Assembly: GCA_034436775.1 (NCBI GenBank)
Contig: DAOTVI010000082.1
Span: forward strand, 2,753 to 66,752
DNA length: 64,000 nucleotides
Source: Anaerolineae bacterium
Lineage (GTDB): Bacteria > Chloroflexota > Anaerolineae > 4572-78 > NAK82
Reading direction: 5' to 3'
A program made the position numbers and the translations under genes. The notes beneath the pieces were generated by a model. It made no database searches, was not told the origin of the DNA, and was given only the letters and a program-made list of their open reading frames with translations. Below are positions 1 to 9,237 of the stretch, piece by piece (position 1 is the first letter of the stretch; every line of letters starts with the position of its first letter).

Positions 1-722
1 ATTTCAAAGCCTGCCTTGCGCACCCACTTTTTCAGCGGCTCCAGTTTGCGGCCGCCGAATGCCTCGGAATAATCAATCGCCTCGCTGAAAAAGAGCCGCC
101 ACTGCTCGAACAGCCTGGCGACCAGGCCATCCGAGGACGCAAGCGCCGTGCCGAGGGCCTGATACAATCGGCGCAGGATATTCTGGGTGCGCAGCTGCTC
201 CATAGCGAAGTCGCGGTTGAGGTTATCGGCCGTGAGCGCGATGCCCGATGAGAGCCCCGCCAGCCACGTCAGGAAGCGCTCCAGCGAATGGAGGTTGACC
301 TCGACGGGGGGTTCTTCCGTCCACCTCTCGTTGATAAAGCGCACGAAGATGAGGTGATGTCCGTCGAAGACGACGCCGGCCAGGCGCTCCATCTGGTGGC
401 GCTCTTTTTTCGCCAGACCCTCGAGATAGTCCTTGACCTGTTGGATCGCGTGGCGCGTGGCGGCGTCGGGGCTTCTCTTGAGGACGCCGGGGCGTTCGTA
501 TTCGATCACCAGGCGATTGAAGACGGCGTCGGCGCGGCCGGTGGCGAGGGTGTATTCCGCGTGGGCCAGGGGGTTGACGCCGACCTCTGCGCAAAACTCG
601 TCCAGCAGCGGATCGAGCACGCGGCGAAAATCTGCCTCCACGGGAGCGGCAGGAAGCACTTCTCCCAACCGTGCCAGGATCTTCTTGCTCCAGCGGGCGA
701 TCACCTGCTCGCGTGCCTCCAT
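1..722 (-). CDS. N-terminal part of probable type IIG (fused endonuclease-methyltransferase) restriction-modification protein; runs off left edge
   Basis: Manual translation from ATG at 722 (SD-like AGAGGAA upstream) is open to the window edge: MEAREQVIARW...EYTLATGRADAVFNRLVIEYERPG...AIQQVKDYL...LAGVVFDG..., a PD-(D/E)xK-like N-terminus typical of N-6 DNA methylase/Eco57I-like fusions. The methylase motifs lie outside the window. Confidence 0.6.
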   Translation of the reverse strand, partial: MEAREQVIARWSKKILARLGEVLPAAPVEADFRRVLDPLLDEFCAEVGVNPLAHAEYTLATGRADAVFNRLVIEYERPGVLKRSPDAATRHAIQQVKDYLEGLAKKERHQMERLAGVVFDGHHLIFVRFINERWTEEPPVEVNLHSLERFLTWLAGLSSGIALTADNLNRDFAMEQLRTQNILRRLYQALGTALASSDGLVARLFEQWRLFFSEAIDYSEAFGGRKLEPLKKWVRKAGFE

Positions 723-804
723 TGGACGTTCCTCTGGACGTTGCCTCCGTCGGGTCGGGTGGTGGCTTTGGTGGGGACGGCGCCGGCCCGTTGCCGTTTT
801 CGAC

Positions 805-1071
805 TCAGCGGATGATGAAGGAAAGCGCGATGAGCACCACAAACATGCTGGCCGCGATGATGGCTATCTTGCGCAGATCACCGATGATGTAGTGGTACTC
901 CGCCGAAAGGTCCACACGTTTGCCGCCGCCTGTCACGGCGGATGGGGTGGTCGTGCGTGGCACCGCCTCCGGCTGAGCAACCTGGGCACGTGTCGTGACG
1001 GATGGCGCCGGCCCGGTTGGGGGCTTCGGAGGATGCGCACGAGCGCGGCGAGTTTTCTTGGGCATGGACAT
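805..1071 (-). CDS. small membrane protein with C-terminal TM helix
   Basis: Basic/Pro-rich N-terminus, then YHYIIGDLRKIAIIAASMFVVLIALSFIIR; lies in operon position behind the sortase. Confidence 0.65.
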   Translation of the reverse strand: MSMPKKTRRARAHPPKPPTGPAPSVTTRAQVAQPEAVPRTTTPSAVTGGGKRVDLSAEYHYIIGDLRKIAIIAASMFVVLIALSFIIR

Positions 1072-1119
1072 TTCTCCTAGGCAGTATGCATGATCGGCAG
1101 CATCATACCACGATCGAGC

Positions 1120-2073
1120 TTATTCGACCAACTCGCCGATCACCACCAGGCGGTGCGTGTCCACCATATAGGGATAGCACGTCTGCAACGTGGCGATGGG
1201 CCTGGTGGAGGGGAGCATCACGCTGACATCGGTGGGCTCGATAATGCGCTTGGCGGTGACTTTATAACGGAACTGGAGGTTTCCGCTGTAGACGAAGAAC
1301 TCATCGCCCAGTTCCAATTTGTCGAGGTCGCGGAAGATCTCGCCGAAGATGTCGTTGTGAGCGGCCAGGTACATATTGCCGCGCTGGCCCGGGTGCGCCG
1401 AGCCGGGCAGATGGCCGACCCCTTTCTTGAGGTCCTCCCATGTCACCCCTTCGACGATGGGTGCATCCACCCCGATGGCGGGGATGACGATGCGCGTTGG
1501 TTTGCCGACGCTGGGGGTAGGCAGTGGCTGAGGAGGGGCAGGCTGCACCCATTGCTGCAGGTGCAGGGGCACGTCGGGCGCCGGACCTCCCAGCCGGTTG
1601 GGTGGCGTGTGCCCGCCGGGCAGGCGCTCGAAGTGCACCAGCGGTGTTGGCGTGGGCACAAACATCTCCTGCTCCGCAGCGCGTGCCGTGATCACCTCTT
1701 GATTGAGGGCGTGCAGGGTTGTGTAGGTGCTGAAAAAGACAAAAAGCAAGCCGAGGAGCGCCAGGATCTCCACGCCGAGGAGGATGCGGTCGCGCAAGCG
1801 CTGTCCGCGATTCATTCCAGAGGGAGAAGGGGACATCGCGGCATCCAGCGGCCGGAGCGGCACAGCGGCGAAGCGCCTGCCGACCGGCCTTGTAGGGGCG
1901 CGATCGGAATGCGCAGTGGGCATCGGCGCAAACAGCGATGCGGACGCATGGGCCACCCGTCCCTGAGCGGCCAGCTGATGCAGGCGCCGCAGCCGCGCCT
2001 CACGCCGCTTGATGATCAGCAGCTCTTCCAGCTCCTCGAGCGAGAGCTCGTCAACCGTTCTGCGATCGGCCAC
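1120..2073 (-). CDS. sortase (class D-like)
   Basis: TM segment, then GHLPGSAHPGQRGNMYLAAHND (His), LQTC (Cys), HRLVV (Arg) catalytic motifs. Confidence 0.92.
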   Translation of the reverse strand: MADRRTVDELSLEELEELLIIKRREARLRRLHQLAAQGRVAHASASLFAPMPTAHSDRAPTRPVGRRFAAVPLRPLDAAMSPSPSGMNRGQRLRDRILLGVEILALLGLLFVFFSTYTTLHALNQEVITARAAEQEMFVPTPTPLVHFERLPGGHTPPNRLGGPAPDVPLHLQQWVQPAPPQPLPTPSVGKPTRIVIPAIGVDAPIVEGVTWEDLKKGVGHLPGSAHPGQRGNMYLAAHNDIFGEIFRDLDKLELGDEFFVYSGNLQFRYKVTAKRIIEPTDVSVMLPSTRPIATLQTCYPYMVDTHRLVVIGELVE

Positions 2074-2121
2074 CCGCTTCCCTCCCCATAGCAGGCGACA
2101 TAAAGATGTTTACCATAACTT

Positions 2122-2150
2122 ATTATAACGGGGAAACCGGGATTCGTCAA
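2122..2150 (-). promoter_or_regulatory. sigma70-type promoter for the sortase
   Basis: Minus strand TTGACG-17 bp-TATAAT. Confidence 0.75.
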
Positions 2151-2884
2151 GCTTTGGCCGGGGATGTACCGGTGGCCCTGCTCCGCTCTGGCACCACATA
2201 GATGCCCGGAAGGCTGACCAGGGTGACCGCGCCTTTGAGAAACACATTGGCCCAGAAAATTGCCCATACGGTGGCATCCGGCAAGCCGCCCGGCAACAGC
2301 TCCTCCCACTGGCCAAAAGCGCACCAGACGAAAATCAGGCTGTCGGCCGGTATGCTGATCGCGTTGCTGACCAGCACGCGCGACCATTGCACCCGTCGGG
2401 TCACATACCGCACCCACAGGCTGTACAGCTCGGTATCGATCAGTTCGGCGATGACTTCCGCGATGATGCTGGCGATGACGATCCGCCAGGTGGGCGCCAG
2501 GACGGAGGCAAATGCACTCTGCAATGGCCAGGCAGGGTCAGCGGGAAGCCAGGCAGCAAAAGCCAGGCAACCTGCCATCACCAGGTTGATTGCACCGGCG
2601 GTAACGATGAGGATGCGTGCATGGCGTTTGCCCAACAGCTTGTGCACGAGATCACGCAATGTGAAGGTAAAGGGGTAGATAAAAGTGCCAGCATCCACAC
2701 TGAGAGACGCCACATAGGCAATTTTCAAGCTCATCAGGTCGGAGAGCATCTGGGCCGCAATGTAAGCGGCAACCACCAACATTCCTGCCGTTGGCAGCAC
2801 GACCTCAACGGGCGGCTGCGTTGGGGCGGGTGAACCGTTTTCTGGGTGGGAGCGGGGATGCGGATGGATGTCTCGTGCTCTCAT
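2147..2884 (-). CDS. VUT/YhhQ family (queuosine precursor-type) transporter
   Basis: Multi-TM; motifs DAGTFIYPFTFTLRDLVH, RIVIASIIAEVIAELIDT, SNAISIPADS; ATGA overlap with the upstream kinase. Confidence 0.85.
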   Translation of the reverse strand: MRARDIHPHPRSHPENGSPAPTQPPVEVVLPTAGMLVVAAYIAAQMLSDLMSLKIAYVASLSVDAGTFIYPFTFTLRDLVHKLLGKRHARILIVTAGAINLVMAGCLAFAAWLPADPAWPLQSAFASVLAPTWRIVIASIIAEVIAELIDTELYSLWVRYVTRRVQWSRVLVSNAISIPADSLIFVWCAFGQWEELLPGGLPDATVWAIFWANVFLKGAVTLVSLPGIYVVPERSRATGTSPAKA

Positions 2885-3834
2885 ATGAAATCCACAGCTT
2901 TCCCTTGTTGCTGCAAAAGGGTTTTGATCGCGGCGCGGCAGGGCATGTTCAGCCCTCCTCCCAGGCGCTGCACAGCGACGGCACCGGCGGCGTTCAATAA
3001 CGCTGCCAGCTGGGGCAGATCACAACGGCGCAACCATCCCCATACCAAAGCGGCCGCGACAGCATCGCCGGCCGCCGTGGTGTCGCGTACGGGCACGCAA
3101 AAACCGGCATGGAGAATGGCCTCGTCATCCCATTGGATGTAGCATCCCTGCGCGCCGCGCTTGATGACCACCAGTCGTGGGCCGCGTTCTCGCAGCGCAG
3201 CCGCCAGTTCGGGCAATGCGAGAGGGCCTGGAAGGAGAGCACGTGCTTCCTCTTCGGTGAGCGTTAACGCGGTGGTGTGGTGCAATATGTCGGCCAACGG
3301 TCCGGCAGGGCAGACATGCACTTGCGGACCAGGATCGAAAAAGACGGCTGTGCCCGCGGCATATGCGCACTGAACGGCCTGTTGTACCAGGGATATACCC
3401 AGGCGGGTGCAACTCCAGCCATCGCAGTAGAAAGCGGCGGCTTGAGAAATGGCATCGCACCAATCCCCCGGCAGGTTTGAGGGCGCGTCGAGCTTCGGGT
3501 GGTAACCCAGAAATACCGGTTCTCCCTGAGCGGGGCTCAGGATAAACACGCGCGGCGTGCGCCCGCCGGACAGCCGAAGGAGCGCACCGGTGTTCACCCC
3601 TTCACGGTCCAGCCAATCGAGCAGACGCCGCCCTGTGCCATCATCACCCACGACTCCCAGGGCCTGGACTTGCAAGCCCAGGCGCGCGGCGCCGATCAAG
3701 ACATTGGCAGCACCACCTGGGCCCACATAGAACGCGCGCACCTCCTGACGCATTCCAGGGGTTGACGGCAGCCGCTCCATCTCGAGCACGTAGTCCAGCA
3801 CCGGGTTGCCGAGCACCACGACGGATTGCGCCAT
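2881..3834 (-). CDS. PfkB/ribokinase family carbohydrate or nucleoside kinase
   Basis: GPGGAANV, VGDDGTG, VIKRGAQG, DTTAAGD motifs. Confidence 0.9.
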   Translation of the reverse strand: MAQSVVVLGNPVLDYVLEMERLPSTPGMRQEVRAFYVGPGGAANVLIGAARLGLQVQALGVVGDDGTGRRLLDWLDREGVNTGALLRLSGGRTPRVFILSPAQGEPVFLGYHPKLDAPSNLPGDWCDAISQAAAFYCDGWSCTRLGISLVQQAVQCAYAAGTAVFFDPGPQVHVCPAGPLADILHHTTALTLTEEEARALLPGPLALPELAAALRERGPRLVVIKRGAQGCYIQWDDEAILHAGFCVPVRDTTAAGDAVAAALVWGWLRRCDLPQLAALLNAAGAVAVQRLGGGLNMPCRAAIKTLLQQQGKAVDFI

Positions 3835-3837
3835 CCT

Positions 3838-4581
3838 TCAGTCCACAAAGCGATATTTAATCAGTGTCCACAACGCTTTAAAACCGTCACGCCAGCTGAT
3901 CTTCTTGCCCTCGTGGAATTCGCGCCCGGTGTACGAAATGGGCACCTCGTAAATACGATACCCGCGCTTGAGCACTTTGGCCGTGATCTCCGGTTCGAAC
4001 TCGAAGCCGCGCGCCCGAAGCGGAATGTTGCGCACCACGTCCGCACAGAAACACTTATAACATGTCTCCATGTCCGTGAGAATCGAGTCGTACAAAATGT
4101 TTGTCACCAAAGTGAGAAAGCGGTTGCCCAGCATATGCGTGAAGAACATCGCCTTGGTGGGACCTCCCCGGAAGCGCGACCCGTAGACGACATGCGCGCG
4201 TCCCTCCAGCAGGGGTTGCAGCAGGATGCGGTACTCACGTGGGTCGTATTCCAGGTCGGCGTCCTGGATGATGATAAAGTCACCCGTGGCCCATTGCAAA
4301 CCGGTGCGTACCGCCGCTCCCTTGCCTTGATTGCGGGCATGGTAAAAGGCGCGGATATGGCCGGCTGCTTCTTCGCTCTGCACAATCTCCCGAGAGCCAT
4401 CCTGCGAACCGTCGTCCACTACGATGATTTCCTTCTCCAGGCGGATGGGTTGCTCGAGATAGCTATAGGGACCGAAGTCGGCCCATACGGCTACATCCAC
4501 CCGGCGTACACGGCTCAGAATTTCACGCAGCGTGGCGACCTCGTTGTAAACTGGGACGATGATGGAGAGCTTGAGCGTCAA
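3838..4581 (-). CDS. GT2 glycosyltransferase (DPM1/polyprenol-phosphate type)
   Basis: IIVPVYNE, VDDGSQDG, NQGKGAA, IQDADLEY, DMETCYK, FEFEPEIT. Confidence 0.92.
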   Translation of the reverse strand: MTLKLSIIVPVYNEVATLREILSRVRRVDVAVWADFGPYSYLEQPIRLEKEIIVVDDGSQDGSREIVQSEEAAGHIRAFYHARNQGKGAAVRTGLQWATGDFIIIQDADLEYDPREYRILLQPLLEGRAHVVYGSRFRGGPTKAMFFTHMLGNRFLTLVTNILYDSILTDMETCYKCFCADVVRNIPLRARGFEFEPEITAKVLKRGYRIYEVPISYTGREFHEGKKISWRDGFKALWTLIKYRFVD

Positions 4582-6665
4582 GGCTGTGTCTCGTTGGAAG
4601 GTGATATCAGGCTGGCACGAATGCGATACAGAGCCGGCTCGGTGGTAAAGGGGGTGATGCCGCTCACGGCCAGCACCGCTTCCGAAAATGCCTCACCCAT
4701 CCCGCGGAGGGTCACCCGGCCGCGGTTATCCTGATCAAGGGTCATGCGCTCAACCCGCACGCTATCTCCCTTTTGAATGACCTGGACCAGGTAACGCTGG
4801 GGCAATATGTTGTCAATGCGCACGAACCCCCGGGCCACCCAGCCGCCATCGCCGGCCTCGACATCGTCAAAATAACCGAGCTGGGGAATGGCGATGTCAT
4901 CCAACATGAGACCCACACGGTTTACCGCGTCGTCCGTAATGTATTCGAACCGAATCTGCACCCGACGTCCCGCATATGGGGTCAAATCCACCTGTTCGTG
5001 CACCCATTGCGGCGCCGTACCGCTGCCTGAGATGCCGGTCCATGCCGGGCCAAAGCTGTTGCCACTGGGGTTATCGGTTTCGGTATAACGCCCGGGCAGG
5101 ATGGTCCACGTCTTGCCGTCATCCTCGGACACTTCCACGTAGGCAAAATCCCAGCCCTTTTCGATGTCGTACCAGAGCCAAAATTCCAGCGTCGCCTCGC
5201 TCACGGAGGAAAGGTCGAAGGAACGCGTCAATGTCATGTTCGAATCGTCGCCCCGGTTCGACCACCACTGAAAGGTGCCGCTGTGGGGCTCGTTGGGGGC
5301 AATCCTGACGTGCTGGACACCTTCGAACTCGATCGTCAGATCGCCCACGCCAACAAACTTGAAATAGTCGGTGGCATACTGGCCCACCTGTCCACTGATC
5401 TCAACGGGATAGGCGTTATACTCTGCCTCGAGCTGAACCGGCTGCGGATCCAGACGCCGATAGCCCCACCTGCCCGGGCCGACGGTGGGGTCGTCCAGGT
5501 AGTTCGCGATCACCCAGTCGGCGAAGACATCCACGAAGCGGTACGGCTGTCGCGTCCGCGCCAAAACTGTGTTGAAACCGGCGATCCCATTTTCCGGTTC
5601 TGCGACTACCTCACGCATGATTTCCTCGCCAAAGCGCTCGAGGAAATAGCTCATGAAAAGGTAACTGGCAGCATAGTGAGGAAAAGTGTCCTGAGGTGTT
5701 TCTGCCCAGGTGTTCAACTGGGTGTCCGGTCGCTGGCTGAAAGCGTAAGTGATGTCGCTCGTTTCATACCCGTTGAGCTCCACGGCTAAATTGGACAACC
5801 CCTCGTTGACCCACGTTTCTTCGTTGGCGTCGTGATGCCAGTGGATCATATGCTGGAACTCGTGGGCTAACGTGATATAGAGGTCCTCGCTGCCCGGTGA
5901 CACCGCATTGATGTTGATATAGAACATCTCCTTCTCATTGCTACATGGGTTAATCAGGCGGGAGTATTCATTGGCGCTGTAAAAATATCCGCTCACGCCC
6001 GGCACATCGCCCAAAAAGATATGGATACGCGGATCATTATCCACTCCCGGACTCCACTCACCGCCAAAGAAGTCGCGGTTCGTGGGGTAAATCCGTTGTT
6101 CGAACTCCTGGGCTGAGGCAGCAATGGCTTCGTCGCTGACGGAATGACCGTCTTGCACCCACCAGTAGCTATGAGCGCCCACATAACGCAACGTGGCAAC
6201 CGCCCACGTATATCGCACCGCGTCACTGTCCAGCACGCAGAAACTGTGCTGTTCTCCCAGGCGATAAATCGGTGTTACTGCATTGACAATGGCGGGGATC
6301 GGTGTGTCAGACAGCTTCAGGCGCTGTGCCAATGCCAGACGGTCACGCACCGGGATCTCGACCTCGCTGAGCAGCTGCTCCGTCGTCAAGCCGACACCTT
6401 CAGGGTGTCCACCGCGCGACAGATACCCCTTTCCTTCCACAGCCACCGGCCATGTTGCGCGGAGATTGGGAGATTCGGGGACAGCCAGAACATAAGGGGT
6501 GAGTGTCGGAGTCGCCGTGGGGGCAGGTGCGTGGACGGGATGGGGTGGTGCCATCTGCAGCGACAAGTATGCCCCTATGCCGCTGACCATACAGGCCAGC
6601 ATCACCAGGGCTGTGACCAGCAGAGCTGTGATGAAAGTCTCGTAGCGCTCGTCCGGTTCGGTCAC
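4578..6665 (-). CDS. membrane-anchored zinc metallopeptidase (M30/immune inhibitor A-like)
   Basis: N-terminal TM; AHEFQHMIH (HExxH) plus WVNEGLS; C-terminal WYDIEKGWDFAYVEVS...FEYITD InhA-like beta domain. Confidence 0.85.
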   Translation of the reverse strand: MTEPDERYETFITALLVTALVMLACMVSGIGAYLSLQMAPPHPVHAPAPTATPTLTPYVLAVPESPNLRATWPVAVEGKGYLSRGGHPEGVGLTTEQLLSEVEIPVRDRLALAQRLKLSDTPIPAIVNAVTPIYRLGEQHSFCVLDSDAVRYTWAVATLRYVGAHSYWWVQDGHSVSDEAIAASAQEFEQRIYPTNRDFFGGEWSPGVDNDPRIHIFLGDVPGVSGYFYSANEYSRLINPCSNEKEMFYININAVSPGSEDLYITLAHEFQHMIHWHHDANEETWVNEGLSNLAVELNGYETSDITYAFSQRPDTQLNTWAETPQDTFPHYAASYLFMSYFLERFGEEIMREVVAEPENGIAGFNTVLARTRQPYRFVDVFADWVIANYLDDPTVGPGRWGYRRLDPQPVQLEAEYNAYPVEISGQVGQYATDYFKFVGVGDLTIEFEGVQHVRIAPNEPHSGTFQWWSNRGDDSNMTLTRSFDLSSVSEATLEFWLWYDIEKGWDFAYVEVSEDDGKTWTILPGRYTETDNPSGNSFGPAWTGISGSGTAPQWVHEQVDLTPYAGRRVQIRFEYITDDAVNRVGLMLDDIAIPQLGYFDDVEAGDGGWVARGFVRIDNILPQRYLVQVIQKGDSVRVERMTLDQDNRGRVTLRGMGEAFSEAVLAVSGITPFTTEPALYRIRASLISPSNETQP

Positions 6666-7390
6666 CAGTTCTTACGCCAGTTCGCAAAACAGACGGACAT
6701 TTCGCCCCAGCTCAGATCACAGTATCCCACCGGTGAAAGAGAAGGTGCCCCGGGATTTTTGGCCTCCTCGTAATTGGAAGCTTGTACCACGCGCACCTCC
6801 CACCGACACATTGAGTTGGGATCTAATGGCGAGCTGAGAATCATATCATAGGCACCGGGTTCATAGGGTTTGTCGGGAGCATAAAGGTTGATGCCGGATG
6901 GATTGGATGCCAACACGGTGCCCCCACAACGCGCCTGCACAAAGTAGCCGTTGACAGGCTGTCCATTGCGATCGCGGATCTTGCCGCGGATTTGTGCCAG
7001 CCCGGCGTTCCACTGGGCTTCCCAGGCTTCTGGCGAAAACTGGTACTCGGGTGTCGGCTGCGGTGGCGGCGCCTGCGCTTCTGGGGGCGGCTGCGTCGGT
7101 TTGGGCTTAGGCCGCGGCGTGTTGGTTGGGGTGGGGGTGTCCGTCGGTGTCGGCGTAAGCGTCGGCGTCGGTGTAGACGTGTTCGTAGGTGTCAGTGTGG
7201 GAAGTGGGGTGGGCGTCGCCGGAGGGGTCGGCGTAAAGGTGGGCAACGGTGTACGCGTGGCCACCTGGCGTGCCACTGCGACGGGGCGTGTGCTACGCCG
7301 ACCAGAAAGCCGATCTGTCAGGGCACATCCCAGCGCTCCGACCATCAACAGGACGACCAACAAAGTGACAAAGCTCTTCTGTACTCTCAT
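6662..7390 (-). CDS. Pro/Thr-linker lipoprotein, paralog 3
   Basis: Lipobox ALGC, PT-rich linker, beta-rich C-terminal domain; start reassigned to MRVQK at 7390. Confidence 0.75.
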   Translation of the reverse strand: MRVQKSFVTLLVVLLMVGALGCALTDRLSGRRSTRPVAVARQVATRTPLPTFTPTPPATPTPLPTLTPTNTSTPTPTLTPTPTDTPTPTNTPRPKPKPTQPPPEAQAPPPQPTPEYQFSPEAWEAQWNAGLAQIRGKIRDRNGQPVNGYFVQARCGGTVLASNPSGINLYAPDKPYEPGAYDMILSSPLDPNSMCRWEVRVVQASNYEEAKNPGAPSLSPVGYCDLSWGEMSVCFANWRKNW

Positions 7391-7426
7391 CCTGGCTCCG
7401 CGTAGCTCCCCATTCACGAAGGTGTT

Positions 7427-8143
7427 TCAGTGCCGCAACAGAAAGTCAATATGCACATATTGGGTAGGCGAAGGAGACATGTCAAACTCGACCACCGGCG
7501 ATTGCTGCACTCCATCCTTGACCAACCAGGCTTTATAGTGGCCCGGCGTATATGGCGAAAACTTGACCTCGGTGTTAAACCAACGATCGTTGCCCAAGCC
7601 GGGGCCTATCGTGTGATTCTTACCGCCGGACATATTGCTCAGATGCTCACGCCCCATCGGATCAACCAGCACGACCTGATAATCCCACAGATCCTTAAAA
7701 TGGCCGGTGCTGGCGTCAAAAATCTCGACCACATAAGCCGTCACCCGCGTCTCTAAGGCACCTTGCGTGTCGAAAATGAAGACTTCGGTCGCGAAAGGAT
7801 AGGGAGGTGTCGGCGTTGCTGTGGGTGGCTCAGGCGTAGGCGTATCTCGCGGTGGCGGAGGTTCAGCCGGCTCAGGAGGTTCGGCAAACTCCTCGGGCAC
7901 CGGCGTAAAGGTGGCGGTCTCAGTCGGAATCGGCGTCTCAGTCGGTGTCTGAGTAGGTGTGGCCGTGAATGTGGGCACCCGCGTCGGCGTCCAATGCGGC
8001 GTGAAGGTAAAGGTGGGCCGGGGTGTGCGTGTCGGTTGGCGCGTGGGCGTGGGCGCGCGCACGATCAACGTGCCCACTGAACAACCCAAGCCGCCCAGCA
8101 TCACCAGCAAGAGAAGCCAGGGAATCAGAGTGCGCTTGAACAT
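7427..8143 (-). CDS. Pro/Thr-linker lipoprotein, paralog 2
   Basis: Lipobox GLGC, TRTPRPTFT linker, C-terminal domain ending QSPVVEF...HIDF. Confidence 0.75.
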   Translation of the reverse strand: MFKRTLIPWLLLLVMLGGLGCSVGTLIVRAPTPTRQPTRTPRPTFTFTPHWTPTRVPTFTATPTQTPTETPIPTETATFTPVPEEFAEPPEPAEPPPPRDTPTPEPPTATPTPPYPFATEVFIFDTQGALETRVTAYVVEIFDASTGHFKDLWDYQVVLVDPMGREHLSNMSGGKNHTIGPGLGNDRWFNTEVKFSPYTPGHYKAWLVKDGVQQSPVVEFDMSPSPTQYVHIDFLLRH

Positions 8144-8159
8144 TTAACGAGCACCAGAG

Positions 8160-8891
8160 CTATCTGAGTCTGAAGGCCACAAAGTCCCAGCGCCAGGCAT
8201 TGGGATCCGTGCTGTAGGTGAGCGGCACCACTGGCGATACCTGTTGCCCCGCTCCGTCAACCAGGTAAATGTTCCACGTGCCGTCGATGAAAGGCCCAGG
8301 CTCAAACTTCACGTTGGCGGCTTTGATGTATCCACCCCGACCACTGGTGGCACACCAATTATAACACGAGGGAGGAGATTCGACATGCGACTGATAGGGT
8401 GATTGAGCACTATCGCCGACCACCCGGTAGCCACCCAGAGGTGTGTTGTTCTGATCCGTGATGGCGACATACACCACGATCATCGGATTTGTAGTATGGG
8501 TGAACTCAGGGGAACTGATCTCAATCACCGCGAAAGGATATTCCGGAGTAGGTGGCGGCGCTGGCGTATCCGTAGGTGGCTGGGGGCGTGGCCGGGGGGT
8601 GTTTGTCGGCTCTGGCGTGGGTGTGTCGGTCGGGATCGGGGTCTCTGTTGGGATCGGTGTGTCCGTGGGCGTTGACGTCATCGTCGGTGTGGGGGTGTGG
8701 GTGGGTGTCGGCGTCCAGGGTGGCGTTGGAGTGAAAGTGGGTCGCGGAGTGCGCGACACCTGGGCCAACGGCGTGCGCGCCTGACGCCCCAGGCGACGGG
8801 ATAGGGTATCGGTCAACACACATCCCGCACCCGCAATCAGAAGCGCAACTACGACCAGCAACCAGACAGAGAACTTCCTGTTAGGAGACAC
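8160..8891 (-). CDS. Pro/Thr-linker lipoprotein, paralog 1
   Basis: Probable GTG start at 8891; lipobox GAGC, SRTPRPTFTPTP linker, C-terminal QVSPVVPL...FVAF. Confidence 0.75.
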   Translation of the reverse strand: MSPNRKFSVWLLVVVALLIAGAGCVLTDTLSRRLGRQARTPLAQVSRTPRPTFTPTPPWTPTPTHTPTPTMTSTPTDTPIPTETPIPTDTPTPEPTNTPRPRPQPPTDTPAPPPTPEYPFAVIEISSPEFTHTTNPMIVVYVAITDQNNTPLGGYRVVGDSAQSPYQSHVESPPSCYNWCATSGRGGYIKAANVKFEPGPFIDGTWNIYLVDGAGQQVSPVVPLTYSTDPNAWRWDFVAFRLR

Positions 8892-8927
8892 GGGCTGTTC
8901 CTTTCGATTGTGATTAGAACTTCTTTT

Positions 8928-8956
8928 ATTATACACAAGGGAGAACTTCCCTCCAA
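8928..8956 (-). promoter_or_regulatory. extended -10 promoter for the lipoprotein operon
   Basis: Minus strand TTGGAG-17 bp-TATAAT with TG immediately upstream of the -10 (TGtgTATAAT region). Confidence 0.5.
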
Positions 8957-9237
8957 AAGTCAGGTTCGCGCTATCTATCCCCAACCAAGAGGATCCCGTC
9001 CTCCAATGGAAGACGTTGCACCGCATGGAGGAGTTCCATTCCTTTCGACCTCTACCCTGGGTGTGCAAAAGCCGACAAAACCTTTATGACCCATGCGAGG
9101 GAACCGGAACGCACGCAGTGACGTCTTCAAATGGGAAAGCGTGAGACGTTTGCGAACACGCCCACCTTATCCCTTTCCAAAGGAGAGAGCGTGAATATAA
9201 TGCACTTGTCAAGCCGTGTGCTAGGGAGGTAGGGCAA

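Noticed and set aside
2880-3900. preQ1 riboswitch for the VUT transporter
   Set aside because: The gene is translationally coupled inside an operon; there is no leader space or recognisable aptamer
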